Positions 31,141-40,610 of a stretch of DNA of 64,000 nt are shown here, in pieces. Position 1 is the first letter of the stretch. Every line of letters begins with the position of its first letter. Position numbers and translations under genes: made by a program. Origin of the DNA: a virus. The notes under the pieces are model-generated. The model did no database searches, had not been told where the DNA came from, and was given only the letters and a program-made list of their open reading frames with translations. Where the stretch lies: IMG/VR virus record IMGVR_UViG_3300022695_000133, positions 9,907-73,906 of that record; one strand, written 5' to 3'.

Positions 31141-31181
31141 CTAAAATGATAATTTGAAATATATAATATATTGTAACTATT

Positions 31182-31460
31182 ATGAAACATGCTATTAACT
31201 TTTTAGAAAAAAATGGTTTTAGTGAGGTAAAGCACATTAAGAAGGATGAAACGCATAATAGAATGGAAAAAGTAAAATTAAAGAATGGTAAATGTGAGAT
31301 TTCAATTTTTATAGAACGTTCTGTTGACGGGCAAATACTTGAGGGATATTATAAGATTAGATTTGATTTTCATAATAAATCTTCAACTATATTTAGTCAT
31401 GACTTAAATTTTTTTTGGCTATTTGGGGTTTTATCATTTCATAAATTAATTAAGGGGTAG
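31182..31460 (+). CDS. Hypothetical protein
   Basis: 92-aa ORF. Confidence 0.65.
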   Translation: MKHAINFLEKNGFSEVKHIKKDETHNRMEKVKLKNGKCEISIFIERSVDGQILEGYYKIRFDFHNKSSTIFSHDLNFFWLFGVLSFHKLIKG

Positions 31461-31576
31461 TTAGCTAGTGAACAAACATAAAAATAAATATTAATTTTTA
31501 AAATTAAGAGTATGAAAACATTAAAAAAAATATTTGTCCCAAATGGAGAGAAAACTGGAAATAAAAATAATTAATT

Positions 31577-31789
31577 ATGGAAAAAATAATTGACACCAAT
31601 GGAAATGAAATTAAGATTGGCGATAAAATACGTGGAGATGGCTTTTTAAGATGCCAAGATGGCTTTAAAATTGATTTAAGACCAATAGTAACCGTTATAG
31701 AAAAAAATGGTCTTATTTACTTTGGGAATCTAAGTATAAGTAGCTTTTATAAATTTTACAAGGTTGATGCGTTTAATAATGGAGAATAA
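31577..31789 (+). CDS. Hypothetical protein (YopX C-terminal-like IDTNG.EI..GD motif)
   Basis: IDTNGNEIKIGDKI. Confidence 0.55.
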   Translation: MEKIIDTNGNEIKIGDKIRGDGFLRCQDGFKIDLRPIVTVIEKNGLIYFGNLSISSFYKFYKVDAFNNGE

Positions 31790-32195
31790 CACAAAAAATA
31801 ATATTATGAGCAAAGAGTTTAAAAAAATGGAACACATTAAAAATATTAAAAGTGGTGAAAATAATGATAATATAGCATGTGAACTTGGTAGTCTGCATTC
31901 AACCCCAAATTTATCAGATGTAATTACAAAAAAAATAGTTAAAAATATAAATGATAAAAGAAATGAAATTATAAGTCGTAAATTAATAGAATTGGGGCTT
32001 GAAGTTGAGTTTAATTTAGATATCAGACGTAGATTTAAAAAATTCATAACAGAAATAGTAAATGATTCGGAAACTCTTTATTATGATGATGGTAGTATTC
32101 ACGGTTTACGAATTATTACGTTTGTTACTGAACATGCACCCATTGATTTTACTAATAAAAAACTTACTGTGGTATATAATCTTAGTTATCATTAA
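31779..32195 (+). CDS. Hypothetical protein
   Basis: ORF, probable ATG at 31779. Confidence 0.65.
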   Translation: MENNTKNNIMSKEFKKMEHIKNIKSGENNDNIACELGSLHSTPNLSDVITKKIVKNINDKRNEIISRKLIELGLEVEFNLDIRRRFKKFITEIVNDSETLYYDDGSIHGLRIITFVTEHAPIDFTNKKLTVVYNLSYH

Positions 32196-32208
32196 AATAA
32201 AATAAAAA

Positions 32209-32310
32209 ATGAGTGGAGGACATTTTGGTTATACACAGTATAATATTGGAGAAATTGCAAAAGATATAGAAGTTGAACTTGAAAAGGGCGGAAAGGAAAT
32301 ACCAATTAAT
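32209..32310 (+). pseudogene. 5' fragment of a small gene (MSGGHFGYTQYNIGEIAKDIE...) interrupted by the TnpB element
   Basis: ATG with AT-rich leader; the frame runs 34 codons straight into the element's right end. Confidence 0.5.
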
Positions 32311-32313
32311 AAA

Positions 32314-33450
32314 CTACCCACACACACTAAAAAGTGATGTGTTGGTTTTAGACTTAGAAAAATGAGAAGCAATAGAGCAAAACATAGTCTGTCTTTCGGG
32401 ATTGTTTATAGAAATCCCCAACGAAGCGATAACTTTAGCCGCATTAAAATCAGCATCTATCGTATCTACTTCGCAATTTGTATTAGTGCATTTAAACACC
32501 TTGTTTGTTCGTTTGCCGATATGGTTGCAAGAATTACAAGTTTGACTTGTATAGTTAGGTGGTGCAACAATCAATTTTACACCATTAAGCAAAGCTTTGT
32601 ATTCAAGAAATTTTCTAAGTTGACTGAAATTCCATTTACCAAGTTTAGTTTTAAACTTTTTAGAACGTCTTTTAGAGTTAAATCTAATACCTGTCAAATC
32701 CTCAATGGCAATACCTTTTCCTTGCTCTTTAGCAGACTTGACAATTTGTTTACTGATAGTGTGATTGATGATAGTGGCGTGAGTACGTTCTTTTCCCGAA
32801 AGCCTTTTCAAAAGTCGTTTAGAACTTCTTGTGCGTTTGGATTGGATACTACTCCGAACTTTTTGCCGATGTTCTCTATACTCATTAAGTTTATCGGCAG
32901 AAAACTCAATGTTATCAGACGTGTGGCAAATGGTATTCAAACCAAAATCACAGCCTATAAATTCTTCTATGTCTTTAATATCTTCATCGGGAACGTCAAT
33001 AGTTTGAAAAAGATAAAATTTACCTTTTTTGTAAACCAAATTTGCTTCTCCTTTTATATATGGAATGTACTTTTTATTATGGCAAACAAAAGGTATTTTT
33101 TGGCGACCACCAATAAGCCATATAGAAGCAATCTCTTTTTTGTAGGTAAGAATACGGCTATCATAAGTTATTGCCCCAAGTGGTCTAAATTTACGTTGTA
33201 CTTTCTTATCAATCTTATAACTATCGGTAACTTTACTAATAGCACGTACAAGTACTTGTGCAGAAAGATTATACTTGGATTTAAAAGTATGGTAAACTTT
33301 ATGATGTGTTTTATATTGATTATACAACTTTTCCTTAAAAGCTATTTCAGAAATAGCATCACAAACAGTATTAACTTCTTTCATAGTATCTATGATAAGT
33401 TTTTCCTGTTCTTTAGTAGGCAAAAGTTTTATTTTAAATGTCACTTTCAC
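32314..33450 (-). CDS. tnpB: RNA-guided endonuclease TnpB (Cas12f-like)
   Basis: RuvC I GCDFG, RuvC II IAIEDL, zinc finger TSQTCNSC...C...C, RuvC III DADFNAA all intact; GTG start just after TATATTTG. Confidence 0.93.
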   Translation of the reverse strand: MKVTFKIKLLPTKEQEKLIIDTMKEVNTVCDAISEIAFKEKLYNQYKTHHKVYHTFKSKYNLSAQVLVRAISKVTDSYKIDKKVQRKFRPLGAITYDSRILTYKKEIASIWLIGGRQKIPFVCHNKKYIPYIKGEANLVYKKGKFYLFQTIDVPDEDIKDIEEFIGCDFGLNTICHTSDNIEFSADKLNEYREHRQKVRSSIQSKRTRSSKRLLKRLSGKERTHATIINHTISKQIVKSAKEQGKGIAIEDLTGIRFNSKRRSKKFKTKLGKWNFSQLRKFLEYKALLNGVKLIVAPPNYTSQTCNSCNHIGKRTNKVFKCTNTNCEVDTIDADFNAAKVIASLGISINNPERQTMFCSIASHFSKSKTNTSLFSVCG

Positions 33451-33454
33451 AATG

Positions 33455-33462
33455 CAAATATA
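33455..33462 (-). promoter_or_regulatory. Bacteroidota-type -7 box for tnpB
   Basis: TATATTTG on - strand 4 nt before the GTG start. Confidence 0.6.
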
Positions 33463-33511
33463 CAAAATATTTTCATATGTTTGATAAAAAATAATATTAA
33501 TTTAGGGGTTA

Positions 33512-33560
33512 GCTACTTTCCTCACACCCACAGCGCAGCTGATGAGTGTGTTTCCGTAGC
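33512..33560 (-). other. GC-rich structured element (hairpin with GGAAA internal loop)
   Basis: - strand: GCTAC GGAAA CACACTCATCAGC-TGC-GCTGTGGGTGTG AGGAAA GTAGC; G.U wobble on -, C.A mismatch on +. Confidence 0.55.
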
Positions 33561-33611
33561 AGTTTTATGAATTATTCAAAATAATATATAAAAGATTTAA
33601 TAAAAATTGAT

Positions 33612-33764
33612 ATGAATATTGATGAGATGAAATTACATAAAGTTAACTCAGAACTTAAAAGGGCTATATTTTGGGTTAAAGATAGCCCAATTAAAAAATC
33701 ATTAGAATTAATAAATAAAATGGAAAAACAAAGGATAAAATTAATTAAAAATAAAGTAAGTTAA
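33612..33764 (+). CDS. Small hypothetical protein (50 aa)
   Basis: MNIDEMKLHKVNSELKRAIFWVKDSP..., below the track cut-off. Confidence 0.5.
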   Translation: MNIDEMKLHKVNSELKRAIFWVKDSPIKKSLELINKMEKQRIKLIKNKVS

Positions 33765-33786
33765 TAAGTACTAATTAACAATATTA

Positions 33787-35499
33787 TTATCTGAATATAA
33801 TTTCATATTTAAATAATCCACAATCCCAAATACGGTCATAACCCAGTTCTATTGTTAATTCTTTTTCAGTTTTTAAAAAATCTAAATTGGGGTGTTTTTT
33901 CTTTAATGATGATTTACCAAATCCAAATTTATGAAATCTTTTTAATCTATTAACGCTAGAGTTATAATACCAATAATTAGGCTTTCCTATATTCATTAAT
34001 TTAAATCCCATTTTTGTGTACATATTATCATAAGGGTCTAATGTCCACCTTCTGTCAGCAAAGCTAATAATATTATTTGGGTTATAATTTTTAATAAAAT
34101 ATTTTAAAATTTTAGATGGTAAACCATTAATAATATAATTATCGTGGGTTGCAAATCTAGATAATTCATACCCACCTTTATTAAGATTTTTTGTCATAAT
34201 ACGCTTATTTTTAAATGTCATGACCCCAATTAGTATATTATTATAAAAAGCTCCCAATTTAATATTACTTTTATCATTTCCTTGTATATGGTAATTATTT
34301 AAAAATGGTGATTTTTCTTTATTATTTATTTCTTTAATAATACATTCTCTAGCTCCAATTTTATTACTATTTGATAACCCAAGTATATGAATTAGCTTAT
34401 TTTTAATTAGATTTTTATTACTTACCCACTCATCCTCAAAAATATGTATTAACCCATAGCCAATTGAATTTGATAATAATGTTTTATTTAGGTGAAAATA
34501 TCTATTTTTACCCATTTTTTCTTGGTGATAATATAAGCCATTATATTCAATTGCTAAATGATGATTCGGTATTACAATATCTAATTCAACCCCCTTTAAT
34601 AATTTACGGTTATTCGAAAGTATAGTTAATCCTAATGATTTAACAAATTCCTTAATTTCTATTTCAGCTTTAGAGGTAAACCTTTTTTTAATTAATAAAC
34701 TAGCATCATTAAAATTATCACTAAAAATTTTATGTGTTTTTTTTGATAATAAATTACCGTATTTTTCTTTATATTCTTGCGGGGTTATATTATGTTTTTT
34801 TAAATGAGTGTTATTTATACTTTTCATTTTTTTTCCACATATTTCACAAATAATAAAGTTATCTTTATTATTTAAAAATAAATTATTTTCTAATTTTTTA
34901 GCATAAACTGGGTGATATTTAATTTCTTTTGGGAATTTTTCCAAATACTGTTCTAAACTAATATTATGCTTATTCACTAAATGATTTTCAAATACACCAC
35001 TTTTATTTTTAATATCAATTGTTTCCCAATTGCATAATTCACATTTTCTAGTTTTTTTTAAATCTATTTCATTAATTGTAAAATATTTTTCATACCATTG
35101 TTTATTATTTTCAATGAAATATTTATTTCTTTGATAAGTATTACTTGGTATATCACAATGGATACCCAAATTCATTAAATGTTTTGACAATCCACCACTG
35201 CGATTATTATAGTCTAATATTATTTTACCTGTTGAATTGCATACAGCAATTAAAACTTTACCCTTAGAAGGTTTATTTAAGCTTGGTATGAAATTTTTAA
35301 TTTTTTTTGTTAAATCATCATTAATTTTACCACCACGTTTTTTTAATTTAACACCACGGTTATTTAAAATTTTTTTAATTTTAAGTTTACCTAATTTATG
35401 CTTAGTGGCTATTGGAGTAATTCCAAAATTATCTTCTAAATATAATTTAACAATTTCATTTTTTTCAATTTCAGTAATTATTCTTGTTCTTTTTCCCAT
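33787..35499 (-). CDS. Hef-like / Vsr-type (PD-(D/E)xK) homing endonuclease with zinc-finger and HTH modules
   Basis: CELCNW...H...H and CEICG...HLKKH fingers; ELDIVIP...AIEYNGLYYH nuclease motif; IGAREC...FLNNYHIQG, YELSRFA, YDRIWDCG. Confidence 0.75.
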   Translation of the reverse strand: MGKRTRIITEIEKNEIVKLYLEDNFGITPIATKHKLGKLKIKKILNNRGVKLKKRGGKINDDLTKKIKNFIPSLNKPSKGKVLIAVCNSTGKIILDYNNRSGGLSKHLMNLGIHCDIPSNTYQRNKYFIENNKQWYEKYFTINEIDLKKTRKCELCNWETIDIKNKSGVFENHLVNKHNISLEQYLEKFPKEIKYHPVYAKKLENNLFLNNKDNFIICEICGKKMKSINNTHLKKHNITPQEYKEKYGNLLSKKTHKIFSDNFNDASLLIKKRFTSKAEIEIKEFVKSLGLTILSNNRKLLKGVELDIVIPNHHLAIEYNGLYYHQEKMGKNRYFHLNKTLLSNSIGYGLIHIFEDEWVSNKNLIKNKLIHILGLSNSNKIGARECIIKEINNKEKSPFLNNYHIQGNDKSNIKLGAFYNNILIGVMTFKNKRIMTKNLNKGGYELSRFATHDNYIINGLPSKILKYFIKNYNPNNIISFADRRWTLDPYDNMYTKMGFKLMNIGKPNYWYYNSSVNRLKRFHKFGFGKSSLKKKHPNLDFLKTEKELTIELGYDRIWDCGLFKYEIIFR

Positions 35500-35628
35500 A
35501 ATATCTTTATATGAGATAAAGATATAAATTTTTAATTAATAAAACAAGTAATTTTAAATATTTTTTATTTTTATAACCCATTTGTTTTGTACCTACCACT
35601 ATTTAATTAATAGAAAGTGAATATGGAT

Positions 35629-35660
35629 AAAAAAAAGGTCTGAATTTAATCAGACCTTTT
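35629..35660 (-). terminator. Intrinsic terminator of the capsid operon
   Basis: AAAAGGTCTGA/TCAGACCTTTT 11-bp stem plus U tract on -, about 20 nt past the capsid stop. Confidence 0.85.
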
Positions 35661-35681
35661 AGTTTATTAATTATTAAGTTA

Positions 35682-37469
35682 TTATCTTAATTCAGTTACA
35701 TCAAATGTTTGTAATCCATCAACCCTAACTTGCCCATAAAAACGATTATTGACCACCTTTTTAGCGTAACGAGTCATTATACCCTTTACAGGTGCAAAGT
35801 TGAATGGGTTATACATTGTTGGGGTTAATTGCATTGGCACGTATGGTGCGTAAATATAACCTGTATCTAACAATGATTTACCTTTATGTCCAATAATTAT
35901 TGAATCAGGTGGAGAATAAGGGTCACGATATACTTGATATCTACCACTTAATGAACCAACTTTTTCAATACCCATATTATATTGGTCTTGTTCTGGGCTT
36001 GCATCACTTACGTGGAAATACTCTAAATCATCAAAAATTGCAGAAATTTCAGAAGAAACTACTATAAAGTTTGCACCACCTCTAAGGGTTGATTTATGAA
36101 TTTGAGCTGAAATTTGATTAATTTTCATAATCAAAGTTTGATTCCAGTCTTTTTGGGTGTAAGCATTTGCAGCAAGAGAACTTTTTCTCCAGCCATTCCA
36201 ATCCCATCTTAATTGCCAAGATGCTGCCTTTCTTAAATCTCTAAGGATTTCCCTATCAATTTCAGCAGCTACTTGTTCAGATAACATAGCTGTTAATTCA
36301 GCTTCAGCATCTATATTGTGAAATGCACTAACATCTTGTGCTAATTCAGGAGACCATGTTGCTCTTAATTTACGTTCAGTTACAGAAACTACAACTTCAT
36401 CTAATTTGAAAGAAACTTCTCCCATTTCAGTTTCAAGTTCTAAGTTTTTATATTCTGCCCAAGACACAACAACAGTTACGCCAGATGCGGCTGTTATTCC
36501 AGATGCACCAACATAGCCATCATGTGTTTTTGTTCCAGTTGTATCAACGGGGTGAGAAATGTCAGCTTCAAGGAATATATCACCATTAGCATCACAAATA
36601 TCATTATAGGCAACAATACCTTTACCATATTTTTGAGTTACTACTCTAAATGGAATTTCACCAGCACTTGAAATAATTTCAAATCCATCTTGGTCATTAA
36701 TAGCTGAACCATTATTCACTATTTTTAATGAAGCTAAGAAAGATTCAGTATCCATAGTGTGTCCATCAGGACCATTCATTCTACCTTTATTAGAACCAAC
36801 TCCAAATCCACTTACTTTAAGTTTAAAATTTCTAAGAGTACCATCGGTATCTAATTTTAAAGTACTACTACCAGTTAGTGTTGAGAAATTTCCACTAGCA
36901 TCTAAAGAAACTAATCCAGCAGTACCAGTAATAATTGAAATTTCACCTTTTGACGCATCAAATAATCCATCATTATAATAAATATCATAAAGATTTTTAG
37001 ATAAATATGATGTTGGTGTATATCCTGGAACACCTTTTACAATTGGTAATCCATCAGACCCCATAGATGTGTGTGCAGAGAATTGAGGACCGTCTTTGTG
37101 AGGGTCTCCATATGCGCTAACGCCATCATATCTAGCTGATGTTTGTGGTACAAAGAAGAATAATTTACCAATTGGCATATTCATTGCTTGTACTGAAACG
37201 ATATCATTTGCTAATAATTTAGAGAACACTCTCCTTACTATAGGAAATACTACAGTTTCAAATGAACCAGAACTTGCAGTTCCAGTTGATTCGTTCAATA
37301 AATTTGTGGCTTGATTTTCATATAATTGAGCGATATTTTCTTTTACGTGTCCCTTAAGTCCTTGTAAGAATCCTAAGTTATCCCACCTTTTAACGGTGTC
37401 TTCACGTATTTCTTTCATGTGGTTAAACTTGATATTTCCAACTTTACCCGATGTTAAAAAATTTGTCAT
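35682..37469 (-). CDS. gp23: Major capsid protein, T4 gp23-like
   Basis: VQAMNMPIGKLF, RKLRATWSPELAQD...HNIDAEAEL...EIDREI, GYIYAPYVP, PVKGIMTRYA. Confidence 0.96.
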   Translation of the reverse strand: MTNFLTSGKVGNIKFNHMKEIREDTVKRWDNLGFLQGLKGHVKENIAQLYENQATNLLNESTGTASSGSFETVVFPIVRRVFSKLLANDIVSVQAMNMPIGKLFFFVPQTSARYDGVSAYGDPHKDGPQFSAHTSMGSDGLPIVKGVPGYTPTSYLSKNLYDIYYNDGLFDASKGEISIITGTAGLVSLDASGNFSTLTGSSTLKLDTDGTLRNFKLKVSGFGVGSNKGRMNGPDGHTMDTESFLASLKIVNNGSAINDQDGFEIISSAGEIPFRVVTQKYGKGIVAYNDICDANGDIFLEADISHPVDTTGTKTHDGYVGASGITAASGVTVVVSWAEYKNLELETEMGEVSFKLDEVVVSVTERKLRATWSPELAQDVSAFHNIDAEAELTAMLSEQVAAEIDREILRDLRKAASWQLRWDWNGWRKSSLAANAYTQKDWNQTLIMKINQISAQIHKSTLRGGANFIVVSSEISAIFDDLEYFHVSDASPEQDQYNMGIEKVGSLSGRYQVYRDPYSPPDSIIIGHKGKSLLDTGYIYAPYVPMQLTPTMYNPFNFAPVKGIMTRYAKKVVNNRFYGQVRVDGLQTFDVTELR

Positions 37470-37495
37470 AATATTATTTTTGTTTTATTATTTTA

Positions 37496-39025
37496 TTATT
37501 TAAGTTTATTCATTAAACTAATTATTCTTGTTTGGGTTGGGTCAACATAAGCTCTATTTTCATTTAATTGTGTTGATTGGCTTGTTGATTTACCATTCCC
37601 ATTTTTTCTTTCTATTGATTCCCTTAAAGGTGTTTTACTACCTAATTCAGAAGCAATTGATTTGTACATTTTTTTAGACTCTTCAATTGTAGAAACTTCA
37701 TTATCAAACCTACTTAATATTTGTTTCTTTTCATTACTAGTTGTTGAGTGTTCTAAAAATAATTTAGTGGCATATGTTAAATTAGAGCTAAATACGGCTG
37801 TTTCAGCTAGCATTTTTCTGAAATCTTTTAAAGATTCTTTAAATACTTTATTTTCGGCTTTTATTTTTTTAGCCTCATTTAGTAATGAATTATATTTAAT
37901 TGAAACCTCTTTAAGTTTACCACCCTTAACGCCTTGAACATGCTTTGCACCAGTTCCTACTGGTTGGCCAATATCAGCTTTTGCTGGGAGTCTATGTCCA
38001 TCGCCATTCCCTTTGGGAATAGATTCATCAATAGGTTCTTCAGTTTCATTAATGTCTTTATCGTTATTCATGTCTTCTTCTTCACTGTCATCCATTTCCA
38101 TAATATGTTTACCATGTGAGTCGCCAGTTCCGTTTTGACCATTATCATCAAATCCCCCTACTAGATTATCTCCAGAATCAGAATCAATTGGTGATACCTG
38201 TTTATCAATATCTCCACTATTTGGTGATGGTGTATTTATTAACTCTTTATCATGACCTTTTGGTCTAATGATATCTTCACTAACCTCATCGTCATTTGAT
38301 AATTCTATTTCATATACAATATTTTCACCCAATTCATCTTCATCTTTTTCCGCATCATCTACATCTATTTCTGCATCATCTACATCTGCTTCCGCATCGT
38401 CCACGTCTATTTCTGCGTCATCTACGTCTATTTCTGCGTCATCTACATCCATTTCCGCATCATCTACATCCATTTCCGCATCATCTACATCCATTTCCGC
38501 ATCAGGCACGTCTGTTTCTAAGTTACCATCTGGAGTCATTTCTCCTTGGTCTATTGGATTTCCTCCACCCAGTTTAACATCATATTCAGAACCAGATACT
38601 GGGTCTGAAATAATAACTTCATTTGGTGAAATAACCTCAATTTCATCATCTCCGCTTAATTTTTTATAAACAGAAATAACGTCTTCATCTGATGCTGTAG
38701 TCATATCCATTTCGTAGTCATCGCTACCTTTTTCAGTTTCGTAGTCATCGCTACCTTCAACTGGATTTTCTGGGTAATCATCCATATTATCATCACTCTC
38801 CATGCTAGGAGAATCATTTACAGGGAGATTACCAACATCTTCATTATTATCTTCGACATCTTCGATGTCATAATCATCATCATTTAATGATTCTTTTAGC
38901 GTACTAGTAATTTCTTCTTTCGCTACCGAACGAAGTATTTCTTTAGTATTTTCCTTAAGCACTTTTTGAATAAGGTCGTATTCCGCTATTGCTTCTGTAA
39001 TTATAGACTTTTTGGCGTCTTTCAT
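37496..39025 (-). CDS. Prohead core/scaffold protein (gp22-like), highly acidic
   Basis: Position between protease and capsid; D/E-rich; C-terminal coiled coil with NLTYATKLF. Confidence 0.8.
   Translation of the reverse strand: MKDAKKSIITEAIAEYDLIQKVLKENTKEILRSVAKEEITSTLKESLNDDDYDIEDVEDNNEDVGNLPVNDSPSMESDDNMDDYPENPVEGSDDYETEKGSDDYEMDMTTASDEDVISVYKKLSGDDEIEVISPNEVIISDPVSGSEYDVKLGGGNPIDQGEMTPDGNLETDVPDAEMDVDDAEMDVDDAEMDVDDAEIDVDDAEIDVDDAEADVDDAEIDVDDAEKDEDELGENIVYEIELSNDDEVSEDIIRPKGHDKELINTPSPNSGDIDKQVSPIDSDSGDNLVGGFDDNGQNGTGDSHGKHIMEMDDSEEEDMNNDKDINETEEPIDESIPKGNGDGHRLPAKADIGQPVGTGAKHVQGVKGGKLKEVSIKYNSLLNEAKKIKAENKVFKESLKDFRKMLAETAVFSSNLTYATKLFLEHSTTSNEKKQILSRFDNEVSTIEESKKMYKSIASELGSKTPLRESIERKNGNGKSTSQSTQLNENRAYVDPTQTRIISLMNKLK
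38336..38503 (-). repeat. 8 x 21-bp tandem repeat encoding DAE(M/I/A/K)D(V/E)D
   Basis: Unit ATCTACATCCATTTCCGCATC and variants, 168 bp in total. Confidence 0.95.
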
Positions 39026-39074
39026 TTTTAAATTTATTTTTAATTTATTGTTGATTATAAATCACACATTTGTT

Positions 39075-39083
39075 TATAAATAT
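39075..39083 (-). promoter_or_regulatory. ATATTTATA candidate late promoter (scaffold/capsid)
   Basis: 50 nt upstream of the scaffold ATG. Confidence 0.5.
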
Positions 39084-39151
39084 GCTTTTATTTTTTAAAA
39101 TTCTTATTTTGAAGAAAAAAACACTAAAATTTAAATTATTTATTTTTTTTT

Positions 39152-39310
39152 TAATTAACCCTCCATTGGATAAAGACTCATGAGACTCCATGCATCACGT
39201 AGAACCCATTAGCTCATGCTGAAATACTTTTGAGTTATTCTTATGCCCTAAAATTTTATATGATTGAGGCTATGGCTAATTTATCCTATTAGCATGGGTG
39301 GGTGGTTCAC
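39152..39310. mobile_element. Non-coding IS200/605-like end remnant (PATE / orphan omega-RNA-like)
   Basis: GC-richer ~160-bp island ending ...ATGGGTGGGTGGTTCAC on +, similar to the tnpB element end GGGTAGTTTAT; supplies the protease stop codon. Confidence 0.55.
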
Positions 39311-40002
39311 AATAAAAATTTATTCAACTTATCAATTAATAAATTTTTATTTATTTTTTTAGATTCCATAAATGGGGCAGCCTCATGCTTATTTCTAAAT
39401 ATATACGAACCAGGAGTACTAGGGCTAGTTACAATATCCCAGCATATTAGTTCAAAATCATCTTGAACTATAAAAGTATCTTCATTTATTTCATCCAAAG
39501 AACCGACCCCTCTAGATGATACACCAACTCTAATGCCCTTTCTTAACATATTAGCCACCCTATCACCTTCACAAGAAATAATTCCTTGTTTAATAAATCC
39601 AGGAGACATTAATATTTCTAATTCACCAACGAGAGTTACACCCTCCCACCAAATTTTTTTAATTTCGTGTGATACATTACGGTTTGATATTATTGCAGTA
39701 TCTGGATGGTCACTTTCACCAATAGCTGAGCGATTTATTATAAGTTTCTCGTAATTTTTAGCTTCACGCTCTAAAATATCTTTAGGGTAGATTCTACCAT
39801 TTTTATTTTTAATGCCATATTTTTGTAATACGACAAATAATCTTAATGGTTCTGAAATAATTATTTTATCTGAGCCTATTTTATTTATTTCATTTACAAA
39901 TGATTTATTTCTAGCATCATTCGGTTCAATAAATCCACTATCTTGCTCTATTAAAATTCCCCAACTAGTTTCGCCTGGTTTTGTTATTTTTATTTCTGGC
40001 AT
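39307..40002 (-). CDS. gp21: Prohead protease, T4 gp21-like
   Basis: NKNGRIYP, AIGESDHP, VSHEI, GVSSRGVGS, DFELICWDIVTSPSTPGSY. Confidence 0.93.
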   Translation of the reverse strand: MPEIKITKPGETSWGILIEQDSGFIEPNDARNKSFVNEINKIGSDKIIISEPLRLFVVLQKYGIKNKNGRIYPKDILEREAKNYEKLIINRSAIGESDHPDTAIISNRNVSHEIKKIWWEGVTLVGELEILMSPGFIKQGIISCEGDRVANMLRKGIRVGVSSRGVGSLDEINEDTFIVQDDFELICWDIVTSPSTPGSYIFRNKHEAAPFMESKKINKNLLIDKLNKFLL

Positions 40003-40059
40003 ATATTTTCTTTATCAATAAATATATGCTAATGCTTAAAAAAACTTAATTAAGCTTAC

Positions 40060-40506
40060 TTAAACTTTTTGTGGAGTATGATATTTTTTTTTGTAGAATA
40101 AAAAATATTCATCTTTTTCTATTACATTAGTTAATATGCTTTCTATTAATATATTAATAGATTTAATTAATTGAGGTGATTTTAAATTTAAATTATTTAT
40201 TTGAGTTAAGGTTATTTCACAATTCATAAAACTGTGTTTACCATATCTAATGCCAGATTCTTTAATATTTAAATTAACCATTGTTTTGGTAACATCAAAT
40301 ATTTTTTTATTTAAATGTAAATAAATATAAGCTTTAACTTTTTTATTAAGCTTTCTAACAATCCTCTTATAATTTAGGGACTCATTTATTTTTGGTAATG
40401 CCCATGCGTTTATTTTTAGATATAATGTTTTTTGATTTAAATTATTTACAACCCCAAATGATAAAGTATAATTATCATTATTTATTTTAAATTCTCTTCC
40501 TCTCAT
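40060..40506 (-). CDS. Hypothetical protein
   Basis: 148-aa ORF. Confidence 0.75.
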   Translation of the reverse strand: MRGREFKINNDNYTLSFGVVNNLNQKTLYLKINAWALPKINESLNYKRIVRKLNKKVKAYIYLHLNKKIFDVTKTMVNLNIKESGIRYGKHSFMNCEITLTQINNLNLKSPQLIKSINILIESILTNVIEKDEYFLFYKKKYHTPQKV

Positions 40507-40610
40507 ACTATTAATTTAATTAAATTTATGTAATTTAATTTAAATAGTCAATAATAATAATAATAAATTAATTTTTAATAAATAATATTGATTAATATAT
40601 AATTAGTAGG

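Larger units (their letters stand above)
32309..33495 (-). mobile_element. IS200/IS605-family (IS1341-like) solo tnpB element; ends approximate
   Basis: tnpB without tnpA. Right end on - reads ACCAACACATCAC-TTTTTA-GTGTGTGTGGGT (hairpin) then AGTTTAT. ATTAAT occurs at both flanks (32305-32310, 33496-33501). Confidence 0.75.

Noticed and set aside
31451-31470. GGGGTAGTT resembling another IS right end
   Set aside because: No preceding hairpin, and it coincides with a normal stop codon; likely chance.
33512-33560. Hammerhead ribozyme (CTGATGA present)
   Set aside because: CTGATGA is on + while the GAAA core elements are on -, so the core cannot form on one strand.
32362-33570. 402-aa + strand ORF
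   Set aside because: Antisense shadow of tnpB, with no recognisable motifs and atypical composition.
32200-33800. CRISPR array / Cas12f system
   Set aside because: No direct repeat-spacer array or cas genes; the ends look IS-like.
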